Below, in pieces: positions 53,716-62,355 of a stretch of DNA of 64,000 nt. Source of the DNA: Caldilineaceae bacterium (GTDB lineage: Bacteria; Chloroflexota; Anaerolineae; Caldilineales; Caldilineaceae); assembly GCA_965232575.1 (NCBI GenBank), contig CBDDPZ010000009.1:161217-225216 (forward strand), given 5' to 3'. Position 1 is the first letter of the stretch; the number at the start of each line of letters is the position of its first letter. The notes under the pieces were generated by a model that searched no databases, was not told where the DNA came from, and worked only from the letters and a program-made list of their open reading frames with translations. Position numbers and translations under genes: made by a program.

Positions 53716-54630
53716 TTATACCGTGCGAATCACCTGGTTTTGCGTGTCAAAACGGACGAATTTGGAATAGTGATAGACCTCAATCCCTTCTCCTACCGAT
53801 GTCGGCACGCGCACGACAAACTCTGCCCAATCGGGTGAATTGAAGGCAACGAAAGCTAGCTCAAACCCGGCGATCAGGTCGTCCGGCTCTCTTGAAAAAT
53901 CTGGCATAATGACCGGCCCAGTGTCGGTCTGGTAGATAAGGTCCCGCTCACTGGCATTCATCGTCTTGACCGGAAACTCAAGTATTGCAGTGTACCGACC
54001 CGTTTCGATGACAGTTCGGCCCACCAGTGGCGGACCGGTGGGGTTCAGCGTCGCCTCGACAATCTGGGCTGGCGATTCCAGCACTTCACCTTTGACACGC
54101 CGAACATCCAGCCGGATGCTATCGTAGGCGTCCGCAACCTTTCCTACCTGTCGCTCCGGTTGCATGCCGCGTGAGGGAGGGAAAAACGGAACGCCCATGT
54201 TGGCAACTTCGTAGGTCTTGACTATCAGGTAGTGGTCCTGAGAAAGGATGGGAACAAAGTCTGCATTGGGCTGGATCCAAATGTCTCGCTCAACACCGAC
54301 CCGTTCGGTCTTACAGCTTGCGCCCATGACGAAGGTTTGCGCCGCGTCTGTCTCGTTGTCGACAATCTCGCATACACATTCGAGAAGGATGCGCGCATTG
54401 TTCAGCGAGGACGGCGGTTCATGTGAGGCAGTTTCGGCCGGCCTTTTCTGGTAGTCTATTCGAAAGGTGAGAGAGGAACGGGCAAAGTCAACCGTTTGCA
54501 TGGGAATCTCTGGCCATAAACCGGTGCGAGGCTTGGATGGCAGTATCTGGGCAAGGTGAAAGGTACGTCGATGGAATACAATATAGGATACCCAAAGTGC
54601 GCTGTCAAGGAAGTTTTTCTCTGTGTTCAA
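53716..54630 (-). CDS. hypothetical protein, no recognisable family
   Basis: ORF track, 304 aa. Start uncertain (TTG 54630 or ATG 54501, MQTVDFARSS..). Coherent, non-repetitive, mixed-charge sequence (..FVMGASCKTERVGVERDIWIQPNADFVPIL.., ..YTAILEFPVKTMNASERDLIYQTDTGPVIMPDF..). Divergent from the Gfo/Idh/MocA gene. Confidence 0.6.
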   Translation of the reverse strand: MNTEKNFLDSALWVSYIVFHRRTFHLAQILPSKPRTGLWPEIPMQTVDFARSSLTFRIDYQKRPAETASHEPPSSLNNARILLECVCEIVDNETDAAQTFVMGASCKTERVGVERDIWIQPNADFVPILSQDHYLIVKTYEVANMGVPFFPPSRGMQPERQVGKVADAYDSIRLDVRRVKGEVLESPAQIVEATLNPTGPPLVGRTVIETGRYTAILEFPVKTMNASERDLIYQTDTGPVIMPDFSREPDDLIAGFELAFVAFNSPDWAEFVVRVPTSVGEGIEVYHYSKFVRFDTQNQVIRTV

Positions 54631-54717
54631 CGGTCAATGCCCATGCTATAATGGCGCAAACCATTTGACGACTGCAGTTGATTTGGGCCATCTACTGAAA
54701 AGGCCCCCTCGAAAGGA

Positions 54718-55857
54718 ATGCGTAAAATGACATTGCGAGCCGGCATCGTCGGGTGCGGTGGAATCAGTCGTGCCCACGCCACAGCTTACGCCAACCTGGA
54801 CGGGGTCACACTTGCTGCGCTGTGCGACATCAACCCCGACGCGCTCAACACCCGCGCCGATGAGCATGGTGTCTCTGCGCGCTATTCTGACTACGAGGAG
54901 ATGTTTGAGAAGGAAGAGTTGGACGTTGTCAGCGCCTGCACGCACGCCCCACTGCACGGGCCGGTCGCCATCGCCGCTGCCAGGCACGGCGTCAATGTCC
55001 TCAGCGAAAAGCCCCTTTCGGTTGACCTGCAGACCGCCGACAAAATGCTCGCCGCCTGCAGCCAAGCCGGCGTCCGGCTCGCCGTCAGCCACCAGTTCAG
55101 CTTTACCCCGCTCTTCCAGGAGGCCAAAGCATGGATCGACGCCGGACGCATCGGCGAGTTTCGCTCCGTCCGCGAAATCGGGAAAGGGCGCCCGGCCGGC
55201 TTTGAACTGATGGAAATGGGCGTCCACTACTTCGACGAAATGGACCTCTTCCTGGACGGCATCGAATGGATTCACGCCCAGATCACATACGAAGGCCGCG
55301 AGGTTGACGTCGGCGACATCATGACAAGCCAGGAGCTCTGCACAACAGACCGCAGAGACAATGGAATCGTCGCCGGCGACACGATGTTGATCCATATCAA
55401 AGGCAAGAACGGCGCATCCGGAGTCATGGAACTGTACCGCCGTCCACAGATGCAAGGCTGGATGATGGGACCCCATATCCTCGGTTCCGAGGGCCAGCTG
55501 ATGATCAGGCCCAATCCGGAAACCTTTGTCGACGAACTATGGCACTGCCCATTTGACGTCTCCTTCCCAAGCCATACGCCCCAATGGCAAAAGGTGCCGA
55601 TCGACCCCGAACGCTTCAGAATCGGCGAGCGGCTCTGGCAGCGGCGTCAATCGATCTGGAGCGTCCACGACATGGTCAACGCCATCCGGGAAGGTCGCCA
55701 GCCGCGCCTCGGCGGCGCCGCCGCGTTGACCTCGCTCGAATGTGTCTTCGCAGTCTACGAGTCCCACTTCACGGGCACACGGGCGACATTGCCTCTGAAA
55801 GAACGCCGCCACCCGCTTGTCAGCCGGCTTCAAGCAGGCTCAGGAAACGGTGAGTAA
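54718..55857 (+). CDS. Gfo/Idh/MocA family oxidoreductase
   Basis: N-terminal Rossmann fold: ..LRAGIVGCGGISRAHATAYANL..AALCDIN.., ..VVSACTHAPLHGPVAIAAARHGVNVLSEKP... Start ATG 54718 or 54727. Confidence 0.9.
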   Translation: MRKMTLRAGIVGCGGISRAHATAYANLDGVTLAALCDINPDALNTRADEHGVSARYSDYEEMFEKEELDVVSACTHAPLHGPVAIAAARHGVNVLSEKPLSVDLQTADKMLAACSQAGVRLAVSHQFSFTPLFQEAKAWIDAGRIGEFRSVREIGKGRPAGFELMEMGVHYFDEMDLFLDGIEWIHAQITYEGREVDVGDIMTSQELCTTDRRDNGIVAGDTMLIHIKGKNGASGVMELYRRPQMQGWMMGPHILGSEGQLMIRPNPETFVDELWHCPFDVSFPSHTPQWQKVPIDPERFRIGERLWQRRQSIWSVHDMVNAIREGRQPRLGGAAALTSLECVFAVYESHFTGTRATLPLKERRHPLVSRLQAGSGNGE

Positions 55858-55905
55858 TGGCCTACGTATCTTCTCAAAGATCCTCGCTCCAGACCGGATA
55901 ATCGG

Positions 55906-57156
55906 TTGACTCCCCGTTTCTTCTATGGCTGGTGGATCGTCGCCGCTGCGGTCCTCCTTCAATTCGTCTTTCTCGGCGTAAGCCAGTCCACTGTAAGCGT
56001 CTTTCTGCGCCCGGTCGTCGAGGAATTGGGCTGGCAGGTCTGGCAGTTTACGTTGGGCTCGTCGCTGGGCGTACTGGCCGGAGCCCTCTCGGGTGTAATC
56101 GTCGGCCGTGTAGTGGACCAGCGCGGCCCGCGCCTGCCTGTGTTCGCTGGCGCCCTTGTTTCTGCCATCTGTCTCTGGAGTCTGGGCAGACAGTCCAACC
56201 TGTGGCTCTTCTGGACACTGCACCTCTGTGCCGGTTTCGTCGGCTGGACGCTGTTCGGCCCGCTGGTCGTAAACACCACCATCAACAAGTGGTTCATCCG
56301 CCGCAGGGGTTGGGCGCTCGCCATTGGCTCCAGCGGCATTTCATTCGGCGGCCTGATAGCCCCGTTTGCGATGACGCTTGTCGTCGACTCGCTGGGCTGG
56401 CGCAATGGCTACTTCGTCCAGGCCCTCTTCGTCCTCGCTGTCGTCGCGCCCATTGCCCTCGTCATGCGGCGCACGCCGGACGACGCTGGACTGCGCCCGG
56501 ACGGCGAGCCCGCTCCAAGTGAGTTCAGCGACGTCTCTCCCCACGAAGAGGAACCGCGCTCCTACACCAGCCGCCAGGCCCTGCGTACATCCGGCTTTTG
56601 GCTGCTCCTCCTCGGCTACAGCATGAACCAGGCCGCCCTGGCTTCAGTACTGGCCCACGCTGTGCCCTTTGCCACCGACGCCTCCTTTACTCGCAGGATG
56701 GCCGCCCTTGCCCTCGCCGTGAACGGACTGGGAAACCTGCTGTCCAAGGCCGTGTGGGGATACTGCCTTCAGCGCTATCCTCCCCGGGCGCTTGCCGTGG
56801 CCGCATTTTCCCTAGGTGGCACAGGCGTTGGTCTGATGCTGCTTTCCGCCGCCGCCGCTGAACCGGCCTTCCTTTTTGCAGGCTTTTTTCTCTACGGTTT
56901 CGGCTTCGGCGGTACGATTCCGATAAGCGAGTCCCTCTGGGTGAGTTACTTTGGCCGCGCCCACATCGGCGCTGTCCGCGGCGTCGCCCAACCGCTGACA
57001 GTTATCGGACCAACAGTTGCCCCGGTGCTCGTCGGTGTAGCCTATGACCTGCAGGGGGGCTATCAACTGGGCTTTCTTGGTATAATCGGTGTCTATCTGC
57101 TGGCGGGCCTGCTGGTGGCAGTCTCTCGCCCGCCGAGAGTCGAGTCGACACAATAG
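55906..57156 (+). CDS. MFS transporter
   Basis: 416 aa, TTG start, about 12 hydrophobic segments (..FYGWWIVAAAVLLQFVFLGV.., ..GRVVDQRGPR.. loop motif). Confidence 0.88.
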   Translation: MTPRFFYGWWIVAAAVLLQFVFLGVSQSTVSVFLRPVVEELGWQVWQFTLGSSLGVLAGALSGVIVGRVVDQRGPRLPVFAGALVSAICLWSLGRQSNLWLFWTLHLCAGFVGWTLFGPLVVNTTINKWFIRRRGWALAIGSSGISFGGLIAPFAMTLVVDSLGWRNGYFVQALFVLAVVAPIALVMRRTPDDAGLRPDGEPAPSEFSDVSPHEEEPRSYTSRQALRTSGFWLLLLGYSMNQAALASVLAHAVPFATDASFTRRMAALALAVNGLGNLLSKAVWGYCLQRYPPRALAVAAFSLGGTGVGLMLLSAAAAEPAFLFAGFFLYGFGFGGTIPISESLWVSYFGRAHIGAVRGVAQPLTVIGPTVAPVLVGVAYDLQGGYQLGFLGIIGVYLLAGLLVAVSRPPRVESTQ

Positions 57157-57392
57157 CAGAGCGCGGGCAGCGCGCGCATGTCCGAGCCTTCCCCTTGAAC
57201 ATTCTCGTACTGTATCTTTGCTCGATTTTCGGCTATGATTAGGCGATTTCAAGATGCGTTCGCGGCAGGGAGAGTTCATGCATCATCCGGAAACGCTAAA
57301 GACCGCAACAATGGATCTGGACGTCGAATCGTCTCGATCCAGGCCCCCTCGACAACTACGCTGCGGGACTTTTCTCTAAGTTTGGTAGGTCA

Positions 57393-57698
57393 ATGTCTGA
57401 CAATCAGAGCGGTCTGCTACTACGCATATCGGATGAGGATAACGTATACGTCCTGCTTCGCAGCCTGAACGCGGGGACCAGTCTGCAGCTGGGTGGGCAA
57501 ACCGTCGTCTGCGAAACCTCGCTCGAACTGGGACACAAAATCGCCGCCTGCAACATCGCCGCAGGCGAAAAGATCGTCAAGTACGGCGCGCCGATCGGCT
57601 CAGCCACTTGTGACATCCGCGCGGGTGAGCATGTCCACCTGCACAACATCAAGAGCGACTACATTCCGACCTACACATTGAATTCGGAGACCGACTGA
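57393..57698 (+). CDS. UxaA-family dehydratase small subunit (SAF domain)
   Basis: 101 aa. ..DNVYVLLRSLNAGTSL..LELGHKIAACNIAAGEKIVKYGAPIGSATCDIRAGEHVHLHNIKS.. corresponds to the N-terminal SAF part of altronate/galactarate dehydratases. Confidence 0.88.
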   Translation: MSDNQSGLLLRISDEDNVYVLLRSLNAGTSLQLGGQTVVCETSLELGHKIAACNIAAGEKIVKYGAPIGSATCDIRAGEHVHLHNIKSDYIPTYTLNSETD

Positions 57699-57718
57699 AA
57701 CGGTCGAGGAGCGCTCCT

Positions 57719-58927
57719 ATGTCTGCGAAAACCGAGTTTCCAGGTTACCTGAGGCAGGATGGACGCAAAGGCATCCGCAACACGGTCCTGGTCGTCTACC
57801 TGGTGGAATGCGCCCATCATGTCGCCCGCGAGATCGTCTATCCCTATCGCAAGCAAGGCGTTCACCTGATCGGATTCAGCGGCTGTTACCCCAACCAGTA
57901 TGCCTTTGACATGATGGCGCGGCTCTGCACCCATCCAAACACAGGAGGCGTCCTTCTCGTCTCACTGGGCTGCGAAAGCTTCGACCGCCGCGGCTTGGCA
58001 CAGCACGTCAGAGAAAGCGGCCGCCCTGTCGAGACGCTGGTCATCCAGGAAAGGGGGGGCACCCTCAGCACTGTCGATCAGGGCCAGACCTGGTTGGAAG
58101 AGGCACTGGCTGAACTTGAAGGTGCGGCGACACGCGTGACTATGTCGGTGGATGAACTGGTCGTGGGCGCCATCTGCGGCGGCTCTGACGCCACCAGCGG
58201 TATCACCGCCAACCCGACCATCGGGCGCTGCTTCGATCTGCTGGTGGAAAACGACGCCAGCGCAATTTTCGAAGAGGGCGGCGAGCTGATCGGCTGCGAG
58301 CAGATCATGGCCGACCGGGCCGTTACCCCGGCACTGGGGGAAGAGATCCTCTCAACCATGGAGAAGACCGCCCACTACTACACCACAATGGGCCACGGCA
58401 GCTTCGCAGTCGGGAATGCCGATGGCGGCCTGACGACCGTCGAAGAGAAGTCGATGGGCGCCTATGCCAAGAGCGGCTCCTCACCGATTCGGGGATTGAT
58501 CAAACCCGGCGATGTGCCCCCATCGGGCGGCCTCTACCTGCTCGATATCGTACCTGACGGTGGCGCACGCTTCGGCTTTCCCAACATCAACGACACCGCC
58601 GAAATCGCCGAACTGATCGCCTGCGGCGCGCATCTGACCCTCTTTTCGACCGGGCGGGGTTCAGTCGTGGGATCGGCGATCTCTCCGGTGCTCAAAGTCT
58701 GCGCCAACCCCGAGACCTACCGCCGCATGTCCGGCGACATGGACGTGGACGCCGGCCGTATTTTGGAAGGCAAAGCAACGCTGGACGAAGTTGGCCAGGA
58801 AATTTTCGCGCAAGTGCTGGACGTCGCCGGCGGCGCACCGACCAAGTCCGAAAGTCTTGGCCACCAGGAATTCGTTCTTACCTACAAGTCCTTCGAACCG
58901 ATAGGGCCGGCTTGTTTGCCCGTCTAG
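57719..58927 (+). CDS. UxaA-family dehydratase large subunit
   Basis: 402 aa. ..FPGYLRQDGRKGIRNTVLVVYLVECAHHVA.., ..SLGCESF.., ..GAICGGSDATSGITANP.., ..GNADGGLTTVEEKSMGA.., ..LFSTGRGS... Confidence 0.9.
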   Translation: MSAKTEFPGYLRQDGRKGIRNTVLVVYLVECAHHVAREIVYPYRKQGVHLIGFSGCYPNQYAFDMMARLCTHPNTGGVLLVSLGCESFDRRGLAQHVRESGRPVETLVIQERGGTLSTVDQGQTWLEEALAELEGAATRVTMSVDELVVGAICGGSDATSGITANPTIGRCFDLLVENDASAIFEEGGELIGCEQIMADRAVTPALGEEILSTMEKTAHYYTTMGHGSFAVGNADGGLTTVEEKSMGAYAKSGSSPIRGLIKPGDVPPSGGLYLLDIVPDGGARFGFPNINDTAEIAELIACGAHLTLFSTGRGSVVGSAISPVLKVCANPETYRRMSGDMDVDAGRILEGKATLDEVGQEIFAQVLDVAGGAPTKSESLGHQEFVLTYKSFEPIGPACLPV

Positions 58928-59049
58928 TCCCACTTCTTCTGATACTGACTGCAGGAGACTCAGCCCGGTTCACCCGAATGAAGTGTATACAATCGCGAGA
59001 ATTAGACTTCGATGATCAGACTTGATGCCCTCTACGGCGAGGAGATGTC

Positions 59050-60045
59050 GTGACCGCAGACTCCCAAGCCACGACACGCCAGGAAGAAACCGCTGTCCGG
59101 CCCGAAAGTTCCTCGATGGCGCAGCTTGCCCCAAACCGTCCTATGAGAGCGTACCTCGGCTTGGTCGCGCGCGGCTTTGCCATGGGTTGCGCAGATATCG
59201 TGCCCGGAGTATCCGGCGGCACGATGGCATTCATTCTTGGTATCTACGAAGAACTCGTGATGAGCATTCGCGCCGGCGCGCGCCGGCCCTTCTGGCAAGC
59301 GCTTCTGCGGCTGAACGTCCCCGCCGCACTGGACGCGATAAACGCCCGCTTTCTGGCCTCCGTCCTGGCCGGCATCGCGATTGCCGTCCTGACGCTCGCC
59401 TCCTGGCTGGAGTGGGTCCTGGAGCACCATCCCGTCTTCATTTGGAGCTTCTTCTTCGGCCTGGTGTTCGCCTCCATCGTCACCGTGCGCAAACGAATCC
59501 ATGCCTGGAACGCCCCGCTCTTGGCCGCGCTGGCCGTTGGCGCAACTGTCGCCTACTTCGTGGTCGGTGCTGTCCCGGTGCAGACACCGGAAGCGGTCTG
59601 GTTCCTGTTTCTCAGCGGCATGCTTGCCATTTGCGCCATGATCCTGCCCGGTATCTCCGGCTCGTTTATCCTCGTCCTCCTTGGCAAGTACCAGTTCGTG
59701 CTGGCAGCTGTAAACCAGCGCGAAATCGTCAGTCTGGGGATTGTCGGCGCCGGCGCGGTCGTTGGCATCGTCACCTTCGCACAGGTACTCGCATGGCTGT
59801 TCAAGCGCTACCACGACGCGACCATCGCTGTCCTGATCGGGCTGATGGCCGGCAGCCTGCGCAAAATCTGGCCTTGGAAGGAAACGGTCGCCTCCATCAT
59901 CGATCGTCACGGCGAAATCCTGCCGACCGTGCAACGAAACTACCTGCCCGCCGCTTTGACAGGAGAGGTCTTTCTGGCACTTGGGCTGGCTGTCGTGGGC
60001 TTTGCCGTCGTGATGGTGCTGGACCGTCTGAGCGCTTCGAAGTAA
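59050..60045 (+). CDS. DUF368 family membrane protein (polyprenyl-phosphate transporter-type family)
   Basis: GTG start with GGAGA upstream. ..GFAMGCADIVPGVSGGTMAFILGIYEEL.. and ..GMLAICAMILPGISGSFILVLLGKY.. are the duplicated DUF368 signature. The two longer overlapping ORFs in other frames are Arg/Pro-rich noise. Confidence 0.88.
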   Translation: MTADSQATTRQEETAVRPESSSMAQLAPNRPMRAYLGLVARGFAMGCADIVPGVSGGTMAFILGIYEELVMSIRAGARRPFWQALLRLNVPAALDAINARFLASVLAGIAIAVLTLASWLEWVLEHHPVFIWSFFFGLVFASIVTVRKRIHAWNAPLLAALAVGATVAYFVVGAVPVQTPEAVWFLFLSGMLAICAMILPGISGSFILVLLGKYQFVLAAVNQREIVSLGIVGAGAVVGIVTFAQVLAWLFKRYHDATIAVLIGLMAGSLRKIWPWKETVASIIDRHGEILPTVQRNYLPAALTGEVFLALGLAVVGFAVVMVLDRLSASK

Positions 60046-60086
60046 GCTCGCTGGGCCCAGGGAGAATGGACGGGGGAGAAACTGGT

Positions 60087-61472
60087 TCAAAAAGCAATCT
60101 TGGAAGGCTGTTCCTTCTCCAGCCGCTGCGGCGTGGTCCTTCGTGGTTCTCTCACCCAGAACACCATTAGCAGGAAAGCCATAGCCCCCACCACCAGCGC
60201 AACGCTGAACATGGCGTAAAAGCCTAGCGCGCCGGCCAGCCATCCTCCTAGAATCGGCGCGCTGATCAATATTGGCGCCAATAGCGTGTTTGTCAGCCCG
60301 ATGTACGTCGGTCGGTCCTCTGGCGCGCTGAACTCCAAAATGATCGGTAGGGAAGAGGTGTGGTCTGCAGCCAGGAAGGTCCCCAGAAAGACGAAAGTGA
60401 TCACCAGACCAATCGGTACAGTGCCAATGGCGTAAGGCGAAAATACCGAACCAGACGTCGGCCCCGCGGCGACCCCGCGACCGATAACCAGCGCGCTGAG
60501 CGGCGCAAGCACGACAAAGAATGCCGCCCCCGCCAGCACCGACTTATGACCAACCCGGTCAGCCAGCAGTCCGCACAGCGGATTGAGTATTGCCTGTGTT
60601 CCAACAAGCACGGCAGTTAGCAGGCCAACGCCGCGACCGTCAAGAGAAAACGTCTCCGTGCCGTAGACGGCGAAGAAACCTGCGCTCATCCCTCCCAGGT
60701 TCACTAATGACTTGCTGAGCAGGTAGCGGCGGTAGTTGATGTCTCGCTTCAACACCGTTGAAACGCGGCCCAGGTAACGGAAGAGGGGAACCGCCTTTTT
60801 CGTCACCTCGCTGACAGGCTCACGCGTGAGGGCAAGTCCCACCCAGGAGACAACCACAAATCCAAAGGCAAGAAAGAAGAGAAGGGCGTAGTTGCCCGGA
60901 AACGCGCGACTGACTAGAATCCGCCCGACGAAATAGGCGCTAATTACGCCCATCAACTGTCCGAGCCCGTGGCCCAGCCCTAGCCAGATGCCGCGCCGCC
61001 GGACCGGAATGACCTTCGCGATCATGTCCAGCCACGGCGGAGTCCCCAGGCCGGCGCCCGACGCAGCCAGGCCTATGCCCGTCAGGACTGCGACAAGTGC
61101 GAAGGTAGGTCTTTCGACTGCAAAGAAAAGAACAACCAGACCGATCAGAAGATACGGCATCCGCTCCAGGAAGAAGCCGATTACCATTACGAACGGCTTC
61201 TTATAGGGCATGCTCTCGGCCCAGTTAGCTGTCAGCAGTTGGGGAAGGTAGAGGCCGAGGGACCACATGGCCGGGACAAGACCGATCACGAGTCTGGAAT
61301 CGGTCAGTTGGCTCACCAGCACCGGGACCACAGTCTCCCTGGAAATGAAACTGATGCCCAGCGTGATGAAGGTTATGTCCCACAGACTTACGGAGAAATT
61401 CCAGGTTGTATCGCGGTTACCGCGCCCCATCGGTGCCGGCCCCGTCCGCTTCTGAGTAAGGCCGGAAACCAC
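60087..61472 (-). CDS. MFS transporter
   Basis: About 12 TM segments (..WDITFITLGISFISRETVVPVLV.., ..RRRGIWLGLGHGLGQLMGV..). Start 61472 or ATG 61430. Overlaps the end of the upstream PhyH gene. Confidence 0.85.
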   Translation of the reverse strand: MVSGLTQKRTGPAPMGRGNRDTTWNFSVSLWDITFITLGISFISRETVVPVLVSQLTDSRLVIGLVPAMWSLGLYLPQLLTANWAESMPYKKPFVMVIGFFLERMPYLLIGLVVLFFAVERPTFALVAVLTGIGLAASGAGLGTPPWLDMIAKVIPVRRRGIWLGLGHGLGQLMGVISAYFVGRILVSRAFPGNYALLFFLAFGFVVVSWVGLALTREPVSEVTKKAVPLFRYLGRVSTVLKRDINYRRYLLSKSLVNLGGMSAGFFAVYGTETFSLDGRGVGLLTAVLVGTQAILNPLCGLLADRVGHKSVLAGAAFFVVLAPLSALVIGRGVAAGPTSGSVFSPYAIGTVPIGLVITFVFLGTFLAADHTSSLPIILEFSAPEDRPTYIGLTNTLLAPILISAPILGGWLAGALGFYAMFSVALVVGAMAFLLMVFWVREPRRTTPQRLEKEQPSKIAF

Positions 61473-62343
61473 GCACCATCAGTCCCTGAGGCTCGTCCTC
61501 GCGACGGGCATGTTGCGCCCGACTCTCAGCTTCGGCGCGGTTGGAGGTGGTCGTCGCCCTGATGATGGCGAAGTCATCGGGACGCCGGTAGCGGTTGATA
61601 AAGACCGGGCGAGGCGTATTCGAGTGGTTCTGCTTGGAGCCGTGTACCGTTCTGACGTGGAAAAAGATCGAATCGCCAGCCTGCCCGGTGATTGGCAGGG
61701 CAGCCTCCCAGGGCCACTCGTTCTCGTCCAGTCCCAAGTGGGAGAATGTATCGATATGTTGGAGTTGACCCTGCTTGTGCGTGCCGGGCACGACATGCAG
61801 CGCGCCGTTCAACAGGTTCGTGTCCACAACGTAGGTTAAGATCCCGACGGGCCCTTCAAACCGATGCTCGAAGTAGGCCGAATCCTGGTGCAGATGCTTG
61901 GGGTGGCCTCCCACCGGCTCCTTGACCAGAGACTGCCCCTGGCCAAACAGTTCGATGTTTGGCCCCAAAATCGCCTCGAGAATATCGAGAGCGGTCGGAT
62001 CCAGCGCCGCCCGCAGAAAGGCGGCGCTGGTAAAGTAGCTTATGCCAACCGTCATGATCTGCTTGTCGCGGTCGTAACCTTCAGGCGCGGGGATGAACAG
62101 AGAACCATTCGGAGAAACCCAGCCTTCAGGCTTTTTTTCCGCGCGATCGAGCAACGCAACCGACTGGCGAACGGTGGCGGCGATGTCGGCCGCCATGTCC
62201 CCGATGTATGGCTTCATCAGTCCGCGCACAACCAGGCAACCATGTTCCCGGTAAATCGCCGCGGCCTCAGCGACGTTCAGATCTTCAACTGACACTGTGA
62301 TCTCGTCGGTTGTGATCATCGATTCTTTGACGGACGACTGCAT
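61417..62343 (-). CDS. PhyH family Fe(II)/2-oxoglutarate oxygenase
   Basis: ..IYREHGCLVVRGL.., HxD in ..HPKHLHQDSAYFEH.., ..HVVPGTHKQG.., distal His in ..SIFFHVRTVHGSKQN... Confidence 0.9.
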   Translation of the reverse strand: MQSSVKESMITTDEITVSVEDLNVAEAAAIYREHGCLVVRGLMKPYIGDMAADIAATVRQSVALLDRAEKKPEGWVSPNGSLFIPAPEGYDRDKQIMTVGISYFTSAAFLRAALDPTALDILEAILGPNIELFGQGQSLVKEPVGGHPKHLHQDSAYFEHRFEGPVGILTYVVDTNLLNGALHVVPGTHKQGQLQHIDTFSHLGLDENEWPWEAALPITGQAGDSIFFHVRTVHGSKQNHSNTPRPVFINRYRRPDDFAIIRATTTSNRAEAESRAQHARREDEPQGLMVRGFRPYSEADGAGTDGAR

Positions 62344-62355
62344 CGGCGCCCTCCC

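Noticed and set aside
59022-60243. Two very long ORFs (59022..60170 plus strand, 382 aa; 59032..60243 minus strand, 403 aa) overlapping the DUF368 gene.
   Set aside because: Both are Arg/Pro/Gly-rich with no motifs, which is typical of off-frame reading in GC-rich DNA. The 59050..60045 frame carries the duplicated PGVSGGT / PGISGSF DUF368 signature and a proper SD.
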